In this document: positions 1-10,533 of the stretch, piece after piece
Layout: each line of letters begins with the position of its first letter
How positions within the stretch are numbered: the stretch's first letter is position 1
Source of the DNA: Escherichia coli
Lineage (GTDB): Bacteria > Pseudomonadota > Gammaproteobacteria > Enterobacterales > Enterobacteriaceae
Reading direction: 5' to 3' (one strand)
NCBI RefSeq assembly: GCF_024700885.2
Contig: NZ_CP117016.1
Length of the DNA: 64,000 nt
Notes under the pieces: generated by a model
Databases searched by the model: none
The model's input: only the letters and a program-made list of their open reading frames with translations
What the model was told of the DNA's origin: nothing
Program-made: the position numbers and the translations under genes

Positions 1-146
1 TGGTGAAGGGATAAGACAATTTAAAAGTATCGGATGGGGTCTGTGACATGATTGTGCTCCTGTGTAAGTTCAGGGCAGTATGTCGGGAGAAGCGCGTGAC
101 GGATATTAAAGGAGATTAAGAAGAAGGGGCCGGAGCCCCTGTGATG

Positions 147-395
147 TCAGCAAGTGCGAAACCCCTTGCAGTTACGCAGGAAAGCGATGAGAAGCGTCTT
201 TCCCTCAGATTTGCCGGTGCCGGAGAACCAGTGGTCGGGAGGCTCCCATGCTTCAATCAAATCCGCCAGTTTGCGGGCCTTTGAACGTGTGCAGTCAATC
301 GGGTCATTGGTTTTACGGGTATTAAAAAGGGTTTCCACCCCCCGGAATATCAAGGAGGGTAAACCACGTACCATTTGACATGCCCAGTGCCGCAC
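147..395 (-). CDS. hypothetical phage protein in tail region
   Basis: 82-aa ORF downstream of the tail tube gene in late-operon orientation; no recognisable motif. Confidence 0.3.
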   Translation of the reverse strand: MRHWACQMVRGLPSLIFRGVETLFNTRKTNDPIDCTRSKARKLADLIEAWEPPDHWFSGTGKSEGKTLLIAFLRNCKGFRTC

Positions 396-431
396 ATCGT
401 CTTCCTTTATCCGTCAGTTCAACACTCATCG

Positions 432-953
432 TCAGCCCCCGATATTGATACGGTAGTCAGTCAGTTGATCAACACCGCCGACCCGGAAGATGTTGGCCAG
501 ATAGTCCAGTTGCAGCAGCTCTTCACCATCCAGTACCTGTCTGATATACGTGCAGGTGAAGCTACTGGAGAACTCGGCGTTCTCGTGCTGTTTGAACGTC
601 CCCAGAGGGTTCTTCTTGAACATAATCGTCAGGAAGGTGACCAGCGGGATTTCGTCAATCAGCCCCTGCGAGCTGTAGCGCTGGACGCTGGAACGACACT
701 GCAGTGCCAGCGACCTGTACGGGTTAGCGGCAGACAGCATCGCATCGCGGTAAAAGCTGTTCCATTTGATTTCGCCTTCCAGTTTGTCAAAACCAGCCGG
801 GAGTTCCACCTTACCCACCATCCCCAGCGCCTTGTGTTCCTGCATAATCATGGAGACATCGGGGAGTTTAACTTCCTCAGCCCGTCCCAGCAGGTTAGTA
901 CCATCCAGATAGATGTTGGCATTCGTGATGCGGTTTATCTCAATCTTTGACAT
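432..953 (-). CDS. phage tail tube protein (Mu M-like)
   Basis: 173 aa, immediately downstream of the sheath gene with stop/start abutting; size and position typical of contractile-tail tube protein. Confidence 0.65.
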   Translation of the reverse strand: MSKIEINRITNANIYLDGTNLLGRAEEVKLPDVSMIMQEHKALGMVGKVELPAGFDKLEGEIKWNSFYRDAMLSAANPYRSLALQCRSSVQRYSSQGLIDEIPLVTFLTIMFKKNPLGTFKQHENAEFSSSFTCTYIRQVLDGEELLQLDYLANIFRVGGVDQLTDYRINIGG

Positions 954-2380
954 CAGTTGCCCCCTTTCAGGGTTAACAGGTATTCCGAGGTGATCTCAGT
1001 CTCAAACGTCAGTCGCTCCAGCGGCGGTGGTGGCGTATATTTGTAGCTCAGCAACAGGTGCCCGGCGGCCAGCTCCGTCTCCGGATTGCGGGCCGGATCA
1101 AACCAGCAACGGAAGCCCAGTACCGCACCATCACCAGTCATTTTGCGACCGTAGGCGTTGACCGACTCCGTCAGTGCATCAATCAGCGCCTGAGTAATCG
1201 GCATGTCGATGTACTGCTGGCTGAAATAACGAATGGACTCGTTGATCACATCACCGGTGCGGCGAACGTTCTCAAAGTTACGCATATGGGTGACCGTTGG
1301 CCATGCTGCCGTCCGGTTACCCCACAGACGAAGGCCGCTGCCGTAACTGCTGAATACCGTGGTGATCCCCTGTTCGTTAAGCAGGTTTACCTCACTCTGC
1401 GGGTCATCAATCATCGCGGACAGCTGGCGCTCCACGCCGGTGATCCCCAGAATCTCCTGATTGGAGGATGACCACCAGTAGCCCTTGTCCAGATCGACTC
1501 TGGCACGCAGACCTGCTGCACGCTGGCTGAGCGGCTCCAGACGCTCTGTGTTTGTCACCGGGTCATATACCTTCACATGCGGATAGCACAGACGGACGCG
1601 GTCGGAGCTGGTATTGAAGTTGATGGTGCCTTCCGGGCCACGACCTGCCAGAGCCTGTGCAAAGGTGGTACCGACAGGCGCATCAATGTAGGTTACCGCG
1701 CCCAGCTTCTCTGCCATGGCGATAAGCTCAACTGCGACACTCTTCTGGGTGCAGAACACCGGCGCAATCAGAATTTTGGCGAAATAGCCGTACAGGTTGA
1801 AGCTGTCGTTAAGCAGCTTCATGCCGGTTCGGTTTCCGGCGCTGTTCACCCCGCCGATGATGTCCGCCGCAGTCACCTTCGACGGGTCCGCGTACTCATA
1901 GCTCACCTTCACGCTGCCACCGGCCTCAATAGCCTTGCCCAGGTTCGTGAGCACACCCGCCTGCGCATCAACACGGTAGTCCGTGTTCGCCGTGTGGGTG
2001 GTGCTGCCTTCACTGTTTTTCACCACCACATTAGCGACAACCGGATGCGCCAGTCTGGCCTGCCCTGTCGATTTGTCAAAGGTAACCACCTCATCCTCGA
2101 TCGCCGTTTTATGTTTCGCCGGGTCGAGGACGTTAATGACCAGAACGGTGCCTGCACCATGGTCATAAATCGCATCCAGCGCCTGCGGAATGGTAAAGCC
2201 GGTGAACTGGCTGCCAAATGCCGCTGCGTCTTTCTCAGACAGGCACTGTACCAGCGTATTGACATCCCCCATCGGGGCGGTACCAATCAGGCCAATAACG
2301 GCAGATTTCACCGTTTTAACCGGGCGGGCTCCGTTTTCCACCTCAATGGTTTCGGGACCATGCAGATAGTTAGCTGCCAT
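953..2380 (-). CDS. phage tail sheath protein (Mu L-like)
   Basis: 475 aa, sheath-like size and position upstream of tube gene; family resemblance from memory. Confidence 0.75.
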   Translation of the reverse strand: MAANYLHGPETIEVENGARPVKTVKSAVIGLIGTAPMGDVNTLVQCLSEKDAAAFGSQFTGFTIPQALDAIYDHGAGTVLVINVLDPAKHKTAIEDEVVTFDKSTGQARLAHPVVANVVVKNSEGSTTHTANTDYRVDAQAGVLTNLGKAIEAGGSVKVSYEYADPSKVTAADIIGGVNSAGNRTGMKLLNDSFNLYGYFAKILIAPVFCTQKSVAVELIAMAEKLGAVTYIDAPVGTTFAQALAGRGPEGTINFNTSSDRVRLCYPHVKVYDPVTNTERLEPLSQRAAGLRARVDLDKGYWWSSSNQEILGITGVERQLSAMIDDPQSEVNLLNEQGITTVFSSYGSGLRLWGNRTAAWPTVTHMRNFENVRRTGDVINESIRYFSQQYIDMPITQALIDALTESVNAYGRKMTGDGAVLGFRCWFDPARNPETELAAGHLLLSYKYTPPPPLERLTFETEITSEYLLTLKGGN

Positions 2381-2624
2381 GGGCGTCCTCCGTTTTCACT
2401 TCGCTGTCACTGCTGCTTCTGCGCTTTGGTGACTGCACAGCCGGTGTGACGGCGGGTTTAGTATCTTCTGGTACCGGCGTCAGATGCTTCAGCGCCACCA
2501 GTACCTTCACGTAGTCATGCTCCTCCGGCAGGGAAACCGCCTTCCCCGGCCAGAGCAGGATTTCGGTTCCGTCCGACAGCGTGACGCCGCTGGCCGGGCC
2601 GGAATAGCGGTATGCTTTCATCAC
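2370..2624 (-). CDS. hypothetical small phage protein
   Basis: 84-aa ORF overlapping neighbours by a few nt in the late operon. Confidence 0.4.
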   Translation of the reverse strand: MMKAYRYSGPASGVTLSDGTEILLWPGKAVSLPEEHDYVKVLVALKHLTPVPEDTKPAVTPAVQSPKRRSSSDSEVKTEDAHGS

Positions 2625-3085
2625 TCGCTTTCCTCATAGTTCACTTCGGTTAACAGCGGGCCGGACGGTAAATCGCTGTCTTCGATAAAGATGCTTTCAG
2701 TCGCGAAGTCGAGGGCGTATTGCCACAGCCCCCTGACTTCACCGATAAACACCTCGCGGGTCAGCCAGATACGGCGGCGGCAGCCGGGCGGGGTGTGGCC
2801 ACCGAGAATGCGGCGGACAGCATCCAGGACATTAATCGCCCCTTTTTTACCGTTGAGCTGGCGGAAGACCACCGTGACGCAGAGCTGGATAGTCTGAGAC
2901 TGGATCACCGCACCGGTATCATCCGGCCTGTCAAAGCGCGAACCGGCATAGCTCAGCAGCAACGCGCCAACCGGATGGTTCAGGCGATATTCAGCCGGTT
3001 TCTCCGGGAAGTACTCCACCTGCAGTTGCGGCAGCTTCTCGCGTAACCGGGCCAGTACCGCATCAAGGACGGGCAGAACGTTCAT
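2621..3085 (-). CDS. phage virion protein (Mu gp37-like, head-tail joining region)
   Basis: 154 aa, translationally coupled to flanking late genes. Confidence 0.5.
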   Translation of the reverse strand: MNVLPVLDAVLARLREKLPQLQVEYFPEKPAEYRLNHPVGALLLSYAGSRFDRPDDTGAVIQSQTIQLCVTVVFRQLNGKKGAINVLDAVRRILGGHTPPGCRRRIWLTREVFIGEVRGLWQYALDFATESIFIEDSDLPSGPLLTEVNYEESE

Positions 3086-3531
3086 CAGTATTTCTCCAGT
3101 AAACCGTCACGACCGCCGAAAGTGGCCGGGCGACTGCGTACACGAAACTCGCCAGGCTCAGGCACATCTTTCTGAGTGGACGGCAGCCCCAGCGTGAGCC
3201 TGTTATCACGTAACTCCCTGAGTTGCCGCAGCGCTTCTTTGTGGTCATCCTTCACCGTATCCGGGAGGTCACCTTCCGGGCGGCGGGCGTAGAGCCGGTA
3301 ACGGACCAGCGTGATGGCAATGTCCCGCAGAACAGTCGGTATCTCTGCCAGTGGCAGGATATAGCGTCCGCGCAGATGGGCATCAATCAGCTCGTCGGCA
3401 TAGCGGATACAGCTGTCCACCACACGGGTATTCACTGTTGCAGGCGAGTCGAAGTCCATCTCTTCACTGGTGAGCTCGATAAGCGTCCGCTCCGGCACCT
3501 GCGCAAGCAAATCCTCCAGGGTGCAGTACAT
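3085..3531 (-). CDS. phage head-tail connector-like protein (Mu gp36-like); start trimmed to internal ATG at 3531
   Basis: ATG at 3531 sits 1 nt after the upstream gene's TGA; the longer track ORF would overlap the upstream gene. Confidence 0.5.
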   Translation of the reverse strand: MYCTLEDLLAQVPERTLIELTSEEMDFDSPATVNTRVVDSCIRYADELIDAHLRGRYILPLAEIPTVLRDIAITLVRYRLYARRPEGDLPDTVKDDHKEALRQLRELRDNRLTLGLPSTQKDVPEPGEFRVRSRPATFGGRDGLLEKY

Positions 3532-3532
3532 G

Positions 3533-3871
3533 TCACACCCCGCGCAGGATACGAATGACGTCGCCTTCACCCCCGGCTTCATCAAGTGCAATACCACAGG
3601 ATTTACCGTCGCCGGACTGCGGCACGGCTCTGGCCTGAGCATCTGACTGAACAGCCACACCACGGCTGACAGCGGCCCCGGCCTCGACAGCAATAATGCC
3701 CAGAACGCTCACCGGCGTGCTGTCGCCGGTAACAGCATCCACTTCGGCAACCCCGAGCGCTGCGGCACCGGCTTTACAGGGGGTATTATCTGCCCCGACA
3801 AAACGCTGCTGTGCCAGTGCTGCCCCTGCCGTTACGGTTGTGATCAGAATGACCTGCTGAGTGGTTCCCAT
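3533..3871 (-). CDS. Ala/Gly-rich hypothetical head protein
   Basis: 112-aa ORF between major head gene and gp36-like gene, in operon frame. Confidence 0.4.
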   Translation of the reverse strand: MGTTQQVILITTVTAGAALAQQRFVGADNTPCKAGAAALGVAEVDAVTGDSTPVSVLGIIAVEAGAAVSRGVAVQSDAQARAVPQSGDGKSCGIALDEAGGEGDVIRILRGV

Positions 3872-3880
3872 AACGCCTCC

Positions 3881-4834
3881 TTATTTACTGATACCGGTAA
3901 TGAGATACCCGGCATCGCCACCAACCACGGCGACTTTGTAGATATCGGTATAACGGCAGTACTTCACCTTGCCACCGGCTCCGTCGTATTTGTCGGCAAC
4001 AGGCATCCCCTTACGACGCAGGGTGTAGCCGAAGGACGGCTCGTTCTCGTCCGCGCTGTCCGCCCCCGGCTGCGGTTTGCCGACATAGTGCAGCATCAGA
4101 TTGTCTCCCCAGATATCCGCCGGCACGCTGTTCTTATCCATTGCCGCTTTCATGGACGGCAGGGAGACTGGGGCACCGATGACGATCTCTTCGATCTGAA
4201 AGAGGTCCTGCAGGATTTCTGTGGTGATGCGCTTGCGTTCGTTGGCTCCGATGGCGGCCTGAATCGCCGGGTGGAACTTCAGCAGCGCCATCACGCCGGC
4301 CCCCATGGTCATCAGGTTAGGACGCAGCCCCGTGGCCGTACGGACCGCTTCCATACCGGCTTCAATCACCCCGATGGGGTCCCCCTTACCACCGACCCAG
4401 CGATCACTGGCTGTCAGTTTTTTGACGTGCCCGGTACGGTAGACCTTTTCATCCTGAGCCAGACGGGCAGCGATAAGTTCACGGCGCAGGTTCACGCCAT
4501 TCGTGGCGCGACGGATGGCCTTGCTCTCTTCGTTAAACATGGACTCCGCCTGCTCGCGATAGTCCACCGGCGCAGCCAGATCGTGTTCACCCAGCACCAG
4601 GTCCAGCGTGCCTGTTTTTTCACGAACCAGAACATTGCTGTCCGCCCCGACGGCACGCTCGGTGTCATATTCCACAAAGGCGGTTTTCCCGAAGGTCGGT
4701 ACACGCACGCCTTCCTTGTCCGTCAGCACGACGGGGAAAATACGTTCGCCGATGAATGCGGCATTTTTATAGCCACGGGCGATACTGGTCAGTACCGGAT
4801 CAACGACACGTTTACCTTTTAAGTAATCAGACAT
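3881..4834 (-). CDS. phage major head subunit (Mu T-like)
   Basis: 317 aa directly downstream of the protease/scaffold gene; Mu-type order. Confidence 0.7.
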   Translation of the reverse strand: MSDYLKGKRVVDPVLTSIARGYKNAAFIGERIFPVVLTDKEGVRVPTFGKTAFVEYDTERAVGADSNVLVREKTGTLDLVLGEHDLAAPVDYREQAESMFNEESKAIRRATNGVNLRRELIAARLAQDEKVYRTGHVKKLTASDRWVGGKGDPIGVIEAGMEAVRTATGLRPNLMTMGAGVMALLKFHPAIQAAIGANERKRITTEILQDLFQIEEIVIGAPVSLPSMKAAMDKNSVPADIWGDNLMLHYVGKPQPGADSADENEPSFGYTLRRKGMPVADKYDGAGGKVKYCRYTDIYKVAVVGGDAGYLITGISK

Positions 4835-4848
4835 GCTCTCTCCTTAAA

Positions 4849-5964
4849 TTACAGGCAGCGTGCGACAGCAGCCTCATAGCTGATGCCTTCTTTTTTGGAC
4901 AGGGCCACTGCTTTCTGATGCAGGGCCAGACGCTCAGGATCGGCTTCCGCAAACTCTGCCACATCCACCTTCACCGTGTCGCCGACACGCTCTTTTGTGG
5001 CCTGTTCGGCGAAATTCATCACCGGCTCCCCGTCGGAGAGCAATGAACGAAAGGCGGTGGCCAGCGGTGTGCGGCTTTCCCCCTCAGCAAACTCCACCGG
5101 CTTGTCGCCACCGGCGACGGCATCCAGCAGGGCAACCACCACGGAGGAGGCGCGGGGAGCCAGACGGCCCTCTGCGACCAGTTTTTCTGCAAAGGCCACA
5201 TTGTCCTTATGCAGTTGCTCCTGTCTGACCTGTGCATCACGCGCATCGCGATCAGCAGCCTGCTGCTTCAGGCGGCGGTTCTCCTCCTGAAGGGCTTCAA
5301 TCTCTTCTTTTGTCATCGATGATTCCTCGTTACTTGCGGAAGACGGCACCTGGCCTGTCTCACTGAATTGCGCACCTGCTGCATCCTGCGACGGTGTGTC
5401 GCGGTACGCCTCTTCGCGCAGATTGTTGAGCTGCCATTCCGGCAGGACTTTTTCTGCTTCGTCCAGACTGAAGCGGGCGATCAGAAAATCGCGCAGCTTT
5501 CCCCACAGGGAGGCATTCGTGATGGCCTGCCAGTCGGCGAACTCCACCACACCTTCTTCCTGCTCACTGAAGGACACCTGTTTCAGCCCCTTGACGGAAG
5601 GTGGCTGTGCCCCGAGAAAGCCCACATGGCGCAGGTAGAGCACGCCGGGCTTCGGATTGGACGGTGAATCCGGGAGGTAGAAAGAGGCGGACACTTTTTT
5701 GAATCGTCCGTCGGTGACCATCTCAGCAAACTGCGGGTCCAGCTGGGCAGGCTCTGCCATCAGATCGACGCCGCTGAGCGACAGGGCTTTCACCCAGCCC
5801 CACGCCGGGTCTTCCGTTCTGGGATGACCAATCACGAGTGGTGCTTCATGGACGGACGGGTCATAGGCTTTCACGCAGGCGGCAAGATCGTCTGGCGTGA
5901 ACGGCAGTTTTTTGCCGTGCATATCGGTATGAGTACCGGCTTTAAAAATGTGAATGGCTGACAT
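4849..5964 (-). CDS. phage head maturation protease/scaffold (Mu I-like)
   Basis: 371 aa with acidic, Glu/Ala-rich coiled C-terminal half typical of I/Z scaffold; position upstream of major head gene. Confidence 0.7.
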   Translation of the reverse strand: MSAIHIFKAGTHTDMHGKKLPFTPDDLAACVKAYDPSVHEAPLVIGHPRTEDPAWGWVKALSLSGVDLMAEPAQLDPQFAEMVTDGRFKKVSASFYLPDSPSNPKPGVLYLRHVGFLGAQPPSVKGLKQVSFSEQEEGVVEFADWQAITNASLWGKLRDFLIARFSLDEAEKVLPEWQLNNLREEAYRDTPSQDAAGAQFSETGQVPSSASNEESSMTKEEIEALQEENRRLKQQAADRDARDAQVRQEQLHKDNVAFAEKLVAEGRLAPRASSVVVALLDAVAGGDKPVEFAEGESRTPLATAFRSLLSDGEPVMNFAEQATKERVGDTVKVDVAEFAEADPERLALHQKAVALSKKEGISYEAAVARCL

Positions 5965-6178
5965 TTTGCTGTCCCGCGTTATGTTGTCGGAGACAGTTTG
6001 TGAGAAATGCAGGCCCGGCGATTTTAATCTGCTTTAGAAAACATCAGGGGAGAAGGACAGGGAAAGCAATACGGTGAACCGGAGGCGGTTATAAAACAGA
6101 GGCTGTAAAGCCTTTATAAAGGTAATACAGCCCCTCATTCGCTGGCAATGATAAATCACCCGCCTGAAGAGAGAAAAC

Positions 6179-6637
6179 TCAGCGACGGGCCGCTGATTCA
6201 AGATGGCGGACAATGGTATCGAGGATGGGGATTACCACTTCAGGCTGTAGTTCTCCATCCCCCGTCACCGGCAGGAACGGGCGGGCCGGAAGTTCAACAG
6301 ACTCATTACGCCCCGTTTTACCCCCGAACTGGTGAATGGCACCGTAAACAACGTTGGTCCCCACAACAGCCTGCCGGTCGTCATGGTCGGTTGATACTGA
6401 CCCCATCAGACGCCCGGTATCCTGCAGTGTCTGCCCGTCACGCTCTTCCGCTGCCAGCGAGGGCATCCACCCCGGACGCCCCTCATCAAGAAAGTTAAAC
6501 TGTGTTTCCGCCAGCAGGGTTCCGGCAATTTTGCGCATCGCGGGCTCCAGGTCTGTGGCAGCAAGATCCAGCGCACGGAGGCTCCGGCGCAGGGATTTAT
6601 CGTTAATGGTGATACTGACCAGGTTATCGGAAGCCAT
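6179..6637 (-). CDS. phage virion morphogenesis protein (Mu G-like)
   Basis: 152 aa immediately downstream of the F-like gene. Confidence 0.6.
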   Translation of the reverse strand: MASDNLVSITINDKSLRRSLRALDLAATDLEPAMRKIAGTLLAETQFNFLDEGRPGWMPSLAAEERDGQTLQDTGRLMGSVSTDHDDRQAVVGTNVVYGAIHQFGGKTGRNESVELPARPFLPVTGDGELQPEVVIPILDTIVRHLESAARR

Positions 6638-6639
6638 TG

Positions 6640-7461
6640 TTATCCTCTCAGTTCCTGTTGTGCCAGTGGCTGAAGCGTACCCTGATAGCGGGCCAGGTCG
6701 GGACGGTATGCTGCCCCCGGTGCATAAGACCAGCCGACGTCGGTGATCACCTTCGTGGTGCCGGTATTAAAGGTGGCCACGTTCCGCATTTCGCCGGTTT
6801 TCTCTGAGACCAGTTTCAGTTCCTGGCCCATGGCAGAGCCGGAGCTGATAACCTTCAGGCCACGGGCACGTACATCCGCCGCACTCAGGGCAATCACACT
6901 ACAGCGGCAGCGCCAGCCGTTCGGCGGGTAAAATGCCTGCCAGAACGGGTCATCCCAGCGCAGCACCAGACCATGCAGCGCCAGATGGCTCCTGCGGGTA
7001 TGGCTGTCGTTGATGCCGGTATACATCCAGTACGGCCTGTCGTCGACGTTTTCCATCTGTTCCGCCCAACGACCGGCGCTGTAGAGTACGGACATATTGG
7101 TGCGAAAGATGGTATCGAGCCGCCACGGACTGCCCTGCTGAATGGTGACTGGCTCACCCGTTACCGGGTCAGTCGTGTCACGTGGTCCCCACCATCCCTT
7201 ACGCTTCAGCACCGGCTCCAGCTCCTGCCGGAACCAGCGATCGGTTTTTCCTTCATCGACAGCCTGCTGCAGTGCCCCGCGAATATCTTCCAGGATATCC
7301 AGGCGGGTCACTTTAGCAACGGTAAAGGCGCGGGCATGGGCCTCCTGCCACATTTCTTCCCAGTCCCAGGTAATCTGATACCCTTTGGACTTCAGGTAGT
7401 TGATTGCCCGCTTCGGGGGAAGCGTCATGCAGTACGCCAGTTCAGCCGTTGTCACGCTCAT
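6640..7461 (-). CDS. phage head morphogenesis protein (Mu F-like minor head protein)
   Basis: 273 aa; contains NGWRCRC-type motif typical of Mu F / SPP1 gp7 family; follows portal gene. Confidence 0.7.
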   Translation of the reverse strand: MSVTTAELAYCMTLPPKRAINYLKSKGYQITWDWEEMWQEAHARAFTVAKVTRLDILEDIRGALQQAVDEGKTDRWFRQELEPVLKRKGWWGPRDTTDPVTGEPVTIQQGSPWRLDTIFRTNMSVLYSAGRWAEQMENVDDRPYWMYTGINDSHTRRSHLALHGLVLRWDDPFWQAFYPPNGWRCRCSVIALSAADVRARGLKVISSGSAMGQELKLVSEKTGEMRNVATFNTGTTKVITDVGWSYAPGAAYRPDLARYQGTLQPLAQQELRG

Positions 7462-8938
7462 GCAGACGCCCCCGGATATTTGTCACAAAGAGAATGCGGG
7501 CCAGCCGCTCCTGCAGATCGTCCGTGTTCATCTGAGGGTAGAGCTCCGCCAGTTCGCCCAGCAGCTCAGACGGGTTAACCCCATTTTCGACCCGCCTGAA
7601 CAGAGGTGCCAGGACGGGTTCCAGCGTGCCATTTAACGCGCCTCCGTTCATCAGAATGTCCAGCGCGTCGTCAAGCTGCTGCTGAGCCTGAATATCAGCA
7701 TCAATCGCCTCGGCAAATGACAGCGGCAGCATGTTATTCTGTCGTTCCGACGGTGGTGTCTCGTCAATATCGCCGTCCTGCAGTTGGTACTCACGCTTGA
7801 AGTACTGCGGGGTCAGACGCAGACCCGCCCGGGTGAGTTTTTCGTCGCGGGTGGCACGGGTGTCATCAATGGCCTCCTGTTCCCACATGGCCCAGACCGG
7901 ACACGGCACATCGCCGAAGTTCAGGGTGACCACCGTTCTGATGACCTGATTCACTGCCGCCTGAATGATGTCCGCATCCGCATCGCGGATATCAGCCGTT
8001 ACCTCCAGCCCGGCCTGTGCAGAGGCCTTGTTACTGTTCGCTTCCGTGGTCTGATTCTGACCGAGTAATGCAATGGAGATCTCACTGCGTGACAGTGTGA
8101 TCAGCTCGCGGAATACCTCGCTGCTGTCCGCCTTACCATCCGCGGCTTTGAGTTCGATGCTGCTGTCATCGGGGATGGCGGCCACCGCGTCCTCCACCAT
8201 CTGCTCCATGGAGTCCAGCAGTTTTTCAATCTCTGCATCATTTGCACCCCTCGGGTGCTTACCGATCACCCACGGGGAGCCAAACTTTTCGGCAAAGCGG
8301 AGCCAGAATTTCATCCCGCCTTTCTTGAAGGCGACCGGCCAGAAGCACATGGACAGGTCCGGGAAACCGTAAGGATTGTCATACGAGGCATCCTGTGCCG
8401 GCACCACGAATTTTGACGGTGACAGCAGCTCACCCTCCACACCCGCATCACGCGCCCGGAAGCGCAGGCAGTTGTCCGTATCAAACTGAAACCACTCAGG
8501 CGGTTTGCCGACAATATCCGTCACCGCCCACGACCTGACCGAACGGCCCCACATGATTTCACAGGGCTGATACCCGTAGAGCACGGCATCGCTCATTTCA
8601 CCGATGATGCGGGACAGATCCAGATCGTCGAGCATGTCGCGGATGAAACGGAAGACCCGGGCAGAGGCGTGACCACGCTCCAGTCCACGCTCCAGCGATT
8701 TAAGCGCTGCTTTACGTCTGCGGATACAGCCCCCGACCAGCGGGTCGGTGCGCAGTTCGCGGTAGATACGGATATCCCGTCCCTGAGCCTTGAGAATGGG
8801 ATCAGGATTGGGCAGATACATGCCCAGTCCGTAAAAGTCGATCGCGCGGCTGCGGGAGGCAATCTGCGCGGTCAGTGATTTCTGAGGCTCAGAAAAAGCA
8901 ACAAATTCATCGGGTGAAACCCAGATACCCCTCGCCAT
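7442..8938 (-). CDS. phage portal protein (Mu gp29-like)
   Basis: 498 aa between terminase large subunit and F-like gene. Confidence 0.75.
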   Translation of the reverse strand: MARGIWVSPDEFVAFSEPQKSLTAQIASRSRAIDFYGLGMYLPNPDPILKAQGRDIRIYRELRTDPLVGGCIRRRKAALKSLERGLERGHASARVFRFIRDMLDDLDLSRIIGEMSDAVLYGYQPCEIMWGRSVRSWAVTDIVGKPPEWFQFDTDNCLRFRARDAGVEGELLSPSKFVVPAQDASYDNPYGFPDLSMCFWPVAFKKGGMKFWLRFAEKFGSPWVIGKHPRGANDAEIEKLLDSMEQMVEDAVAAIPDDSSIELKAADGKADSSEVFRELITLSRSEISIALLGQNQTTEANSNKASAQAGLEVTADIRDADADIIQAAVNQVIRTVVTLNFGDVPCPVWAMWEQEAIDDTRATRDEKLTRAGLRLTPQYFKREYQLQDGDIDETPPSERQNNMLPLSFAEAIDADIQAQQQLDDALDILMNGGALNGTLEPVLAPLFRRVENGVNPSELLGELAELYPQMNTDDLQERLARILFVTNIRGRLHERDNG

Positions 8939-10533
8939 CAGAATCCCTCCAGCATACGGGCCGCCTGACGACGACGGCGTGAGCTTGCCTTCACCGGCCC
9001 TTTGTTAATTTCACGGCTGGCGAAATACGCCAGCGCCAGTGCGATGGCTGAATCCCCGTGGCGTTTACCACCGTCAGCCTTTGCTTTTGAGCGTTGCTCC
9101 GGTACGCGGGGGACACCGTTCACCACCTGAACGGCCCGCAGGTCATCCAGTGTGTCTTCATCCTTTGGTAAGTCCACCAGGTTGCCGTCTTCCAGTGCAG
9201 CTTTGACCGGAGGCATATGCTCCCGGTACCAGCCTTCGGTTGGCATCACCTGCTGAACCCGGCCGGAGCCGTAGCGCTGCATGGCGTATTCAGCCAGATA
9301 GGCACCATTACCACGGGCATCAAACGCTGCACCCAGCAGACCGGGCAGGCCATCCATCAGATACCAGGTGATTTGCTCCTGCTGTCTGAACGGCACGTTA
9401 CGCAGCTCCAGTACGAATGGCACGCGTCGTACCAGGTTCTTCTCCTGCAGCAGGGGATAGTCCACCGACAAATCACCGCTACGGCCAAAGTCGCGCCCCA
9501 GGAAAGAGCGGGCATCAGTGGGGAGTGCCTCCAGCAATGGTTTCAGATACTCATCAAGCCAGTCCTGCGTCTCGCGGAAGCGAACCTCATCAGACAGCAG
9601 TTCATAACCTTCCTTGCAGGTCAGACGCAATACCGGCGTATCAGCGGACATGCGGGACTCTATCAGGGCACGGGACAGCCAGGCACCGCCACCGTTGGCC
9701 GGAATACAGTCAAGCTCTTCGGATGCGCCGGCACCGTAGAATTTGTACACCGATGCCATCCAGGCCTGCTCGGATGCCTCCGACCATTCCTTCCCGGTGC
9801 GCAGACAGACGCGCCGGAACAGCCCCTCAGATACGGCTTCCCGGAAAGTGATGCGATGTATGCTGCCTCCCTGACGTCCGGCACGGATATCCCCGATAAG
9901 CGTATTGAACGGATTGTCGTCACCGTCATGGGTGGAGATAACGCGTACCTTTCCCCCCCAGATAAGCATCGCCAGCGCCGCTTTCAGCAGTTCGTCCAGT
10001 TGCTCATGGAACGCCGCTTCGTCGATAACAATAATACCCTGACGGCCACGCAGGTTAGACGGGCGGCTGGAGAGCGCAACAATACGAAAGCCGGAGTCAG
10101 GAAATTTGATGGTGTAAGTCCTGATGTGTTTGTCGTCGTCGTCCTCTTCCCAGAATCCTTCTTCAATTTCACTGGCCGCATAGTTGAATGCCCGTGCCCA
10201 CATCGCACACGCCTGAATGTATTCGACGGTCATGTCCTGGTTATAAGCGATGTAATACACATTCATCCCGCCTGCTGGCGCAGAAGAGGCGGCGGTCAGT
10301 ACGTTATCGGATGCCTCAGCCCATGTAATACCGGTACGACGGCTCTTTTCTATCACCTTAAGCGGAGAGGTGTCTGCCACCCAGCGCTGCTGGTAAGGCA
10401 ACAGAACGGGAGGGGCATCCAGCGCCGAGGTATCAGGCAAAACGGGAGCAAGGTTATTCCTCCCGTCCATGGGACTCATCCCTTCGGGGCCGCCGCCAGC
10501 GGCGTTTAAAATCACTCCGGATGATTTTGTCAT
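8938..10533 (-). CDS. phage terminase large subunit (Mu gp28-like)
   Basis: 531 aa, position and size; N-terminal ATPase-like region. Confidence 0.75.
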   Translation of the reverse strand: MTKSSGVILNAAGGGPEGMSPMDGRNNLAPVLPDTSALDAPPVLLPYQQRWVADTSPLKVIEKSRRTGITWAEASDNVLTAASSAPAGGMNVYYIAYNQDMTVEYIQACAMWARAFNYAASEIEEGFWEEDDDDKHIRTYTIKFPDSGFRIVALSSRPSNLRGRQGIIVIDEAAFHEQLDELLKAALAMLIWGGKVRVISTHDGDDNPFNTLIGDIRAGRQGGSIHRITFREAVSEGLFRRVCLRTGKEWSEASEQAWMASVYKFYGAGASEELDCIPANGGGAWLSRALIESRMSADTPVLRLTCKEGYELLSDEVRFRETQDWLDEYLKPLLEALPTDARSFLGRDFGRSGDLSVDYPLLQEKNLVRRVPFVLELRNVPFRQQEQITWYLMDGLPGLLGAAFDARGNGAYLAEYAMQRYGSGRVQQVMPTEGWYREHMPPVKAALEDGNLVDLPKDEDTLDDLRAVQVVNGVPRVPEQRSKAKADGGKRHGDSAIALALAYFASREINKGPVKASSRRRRQAARMLEGF

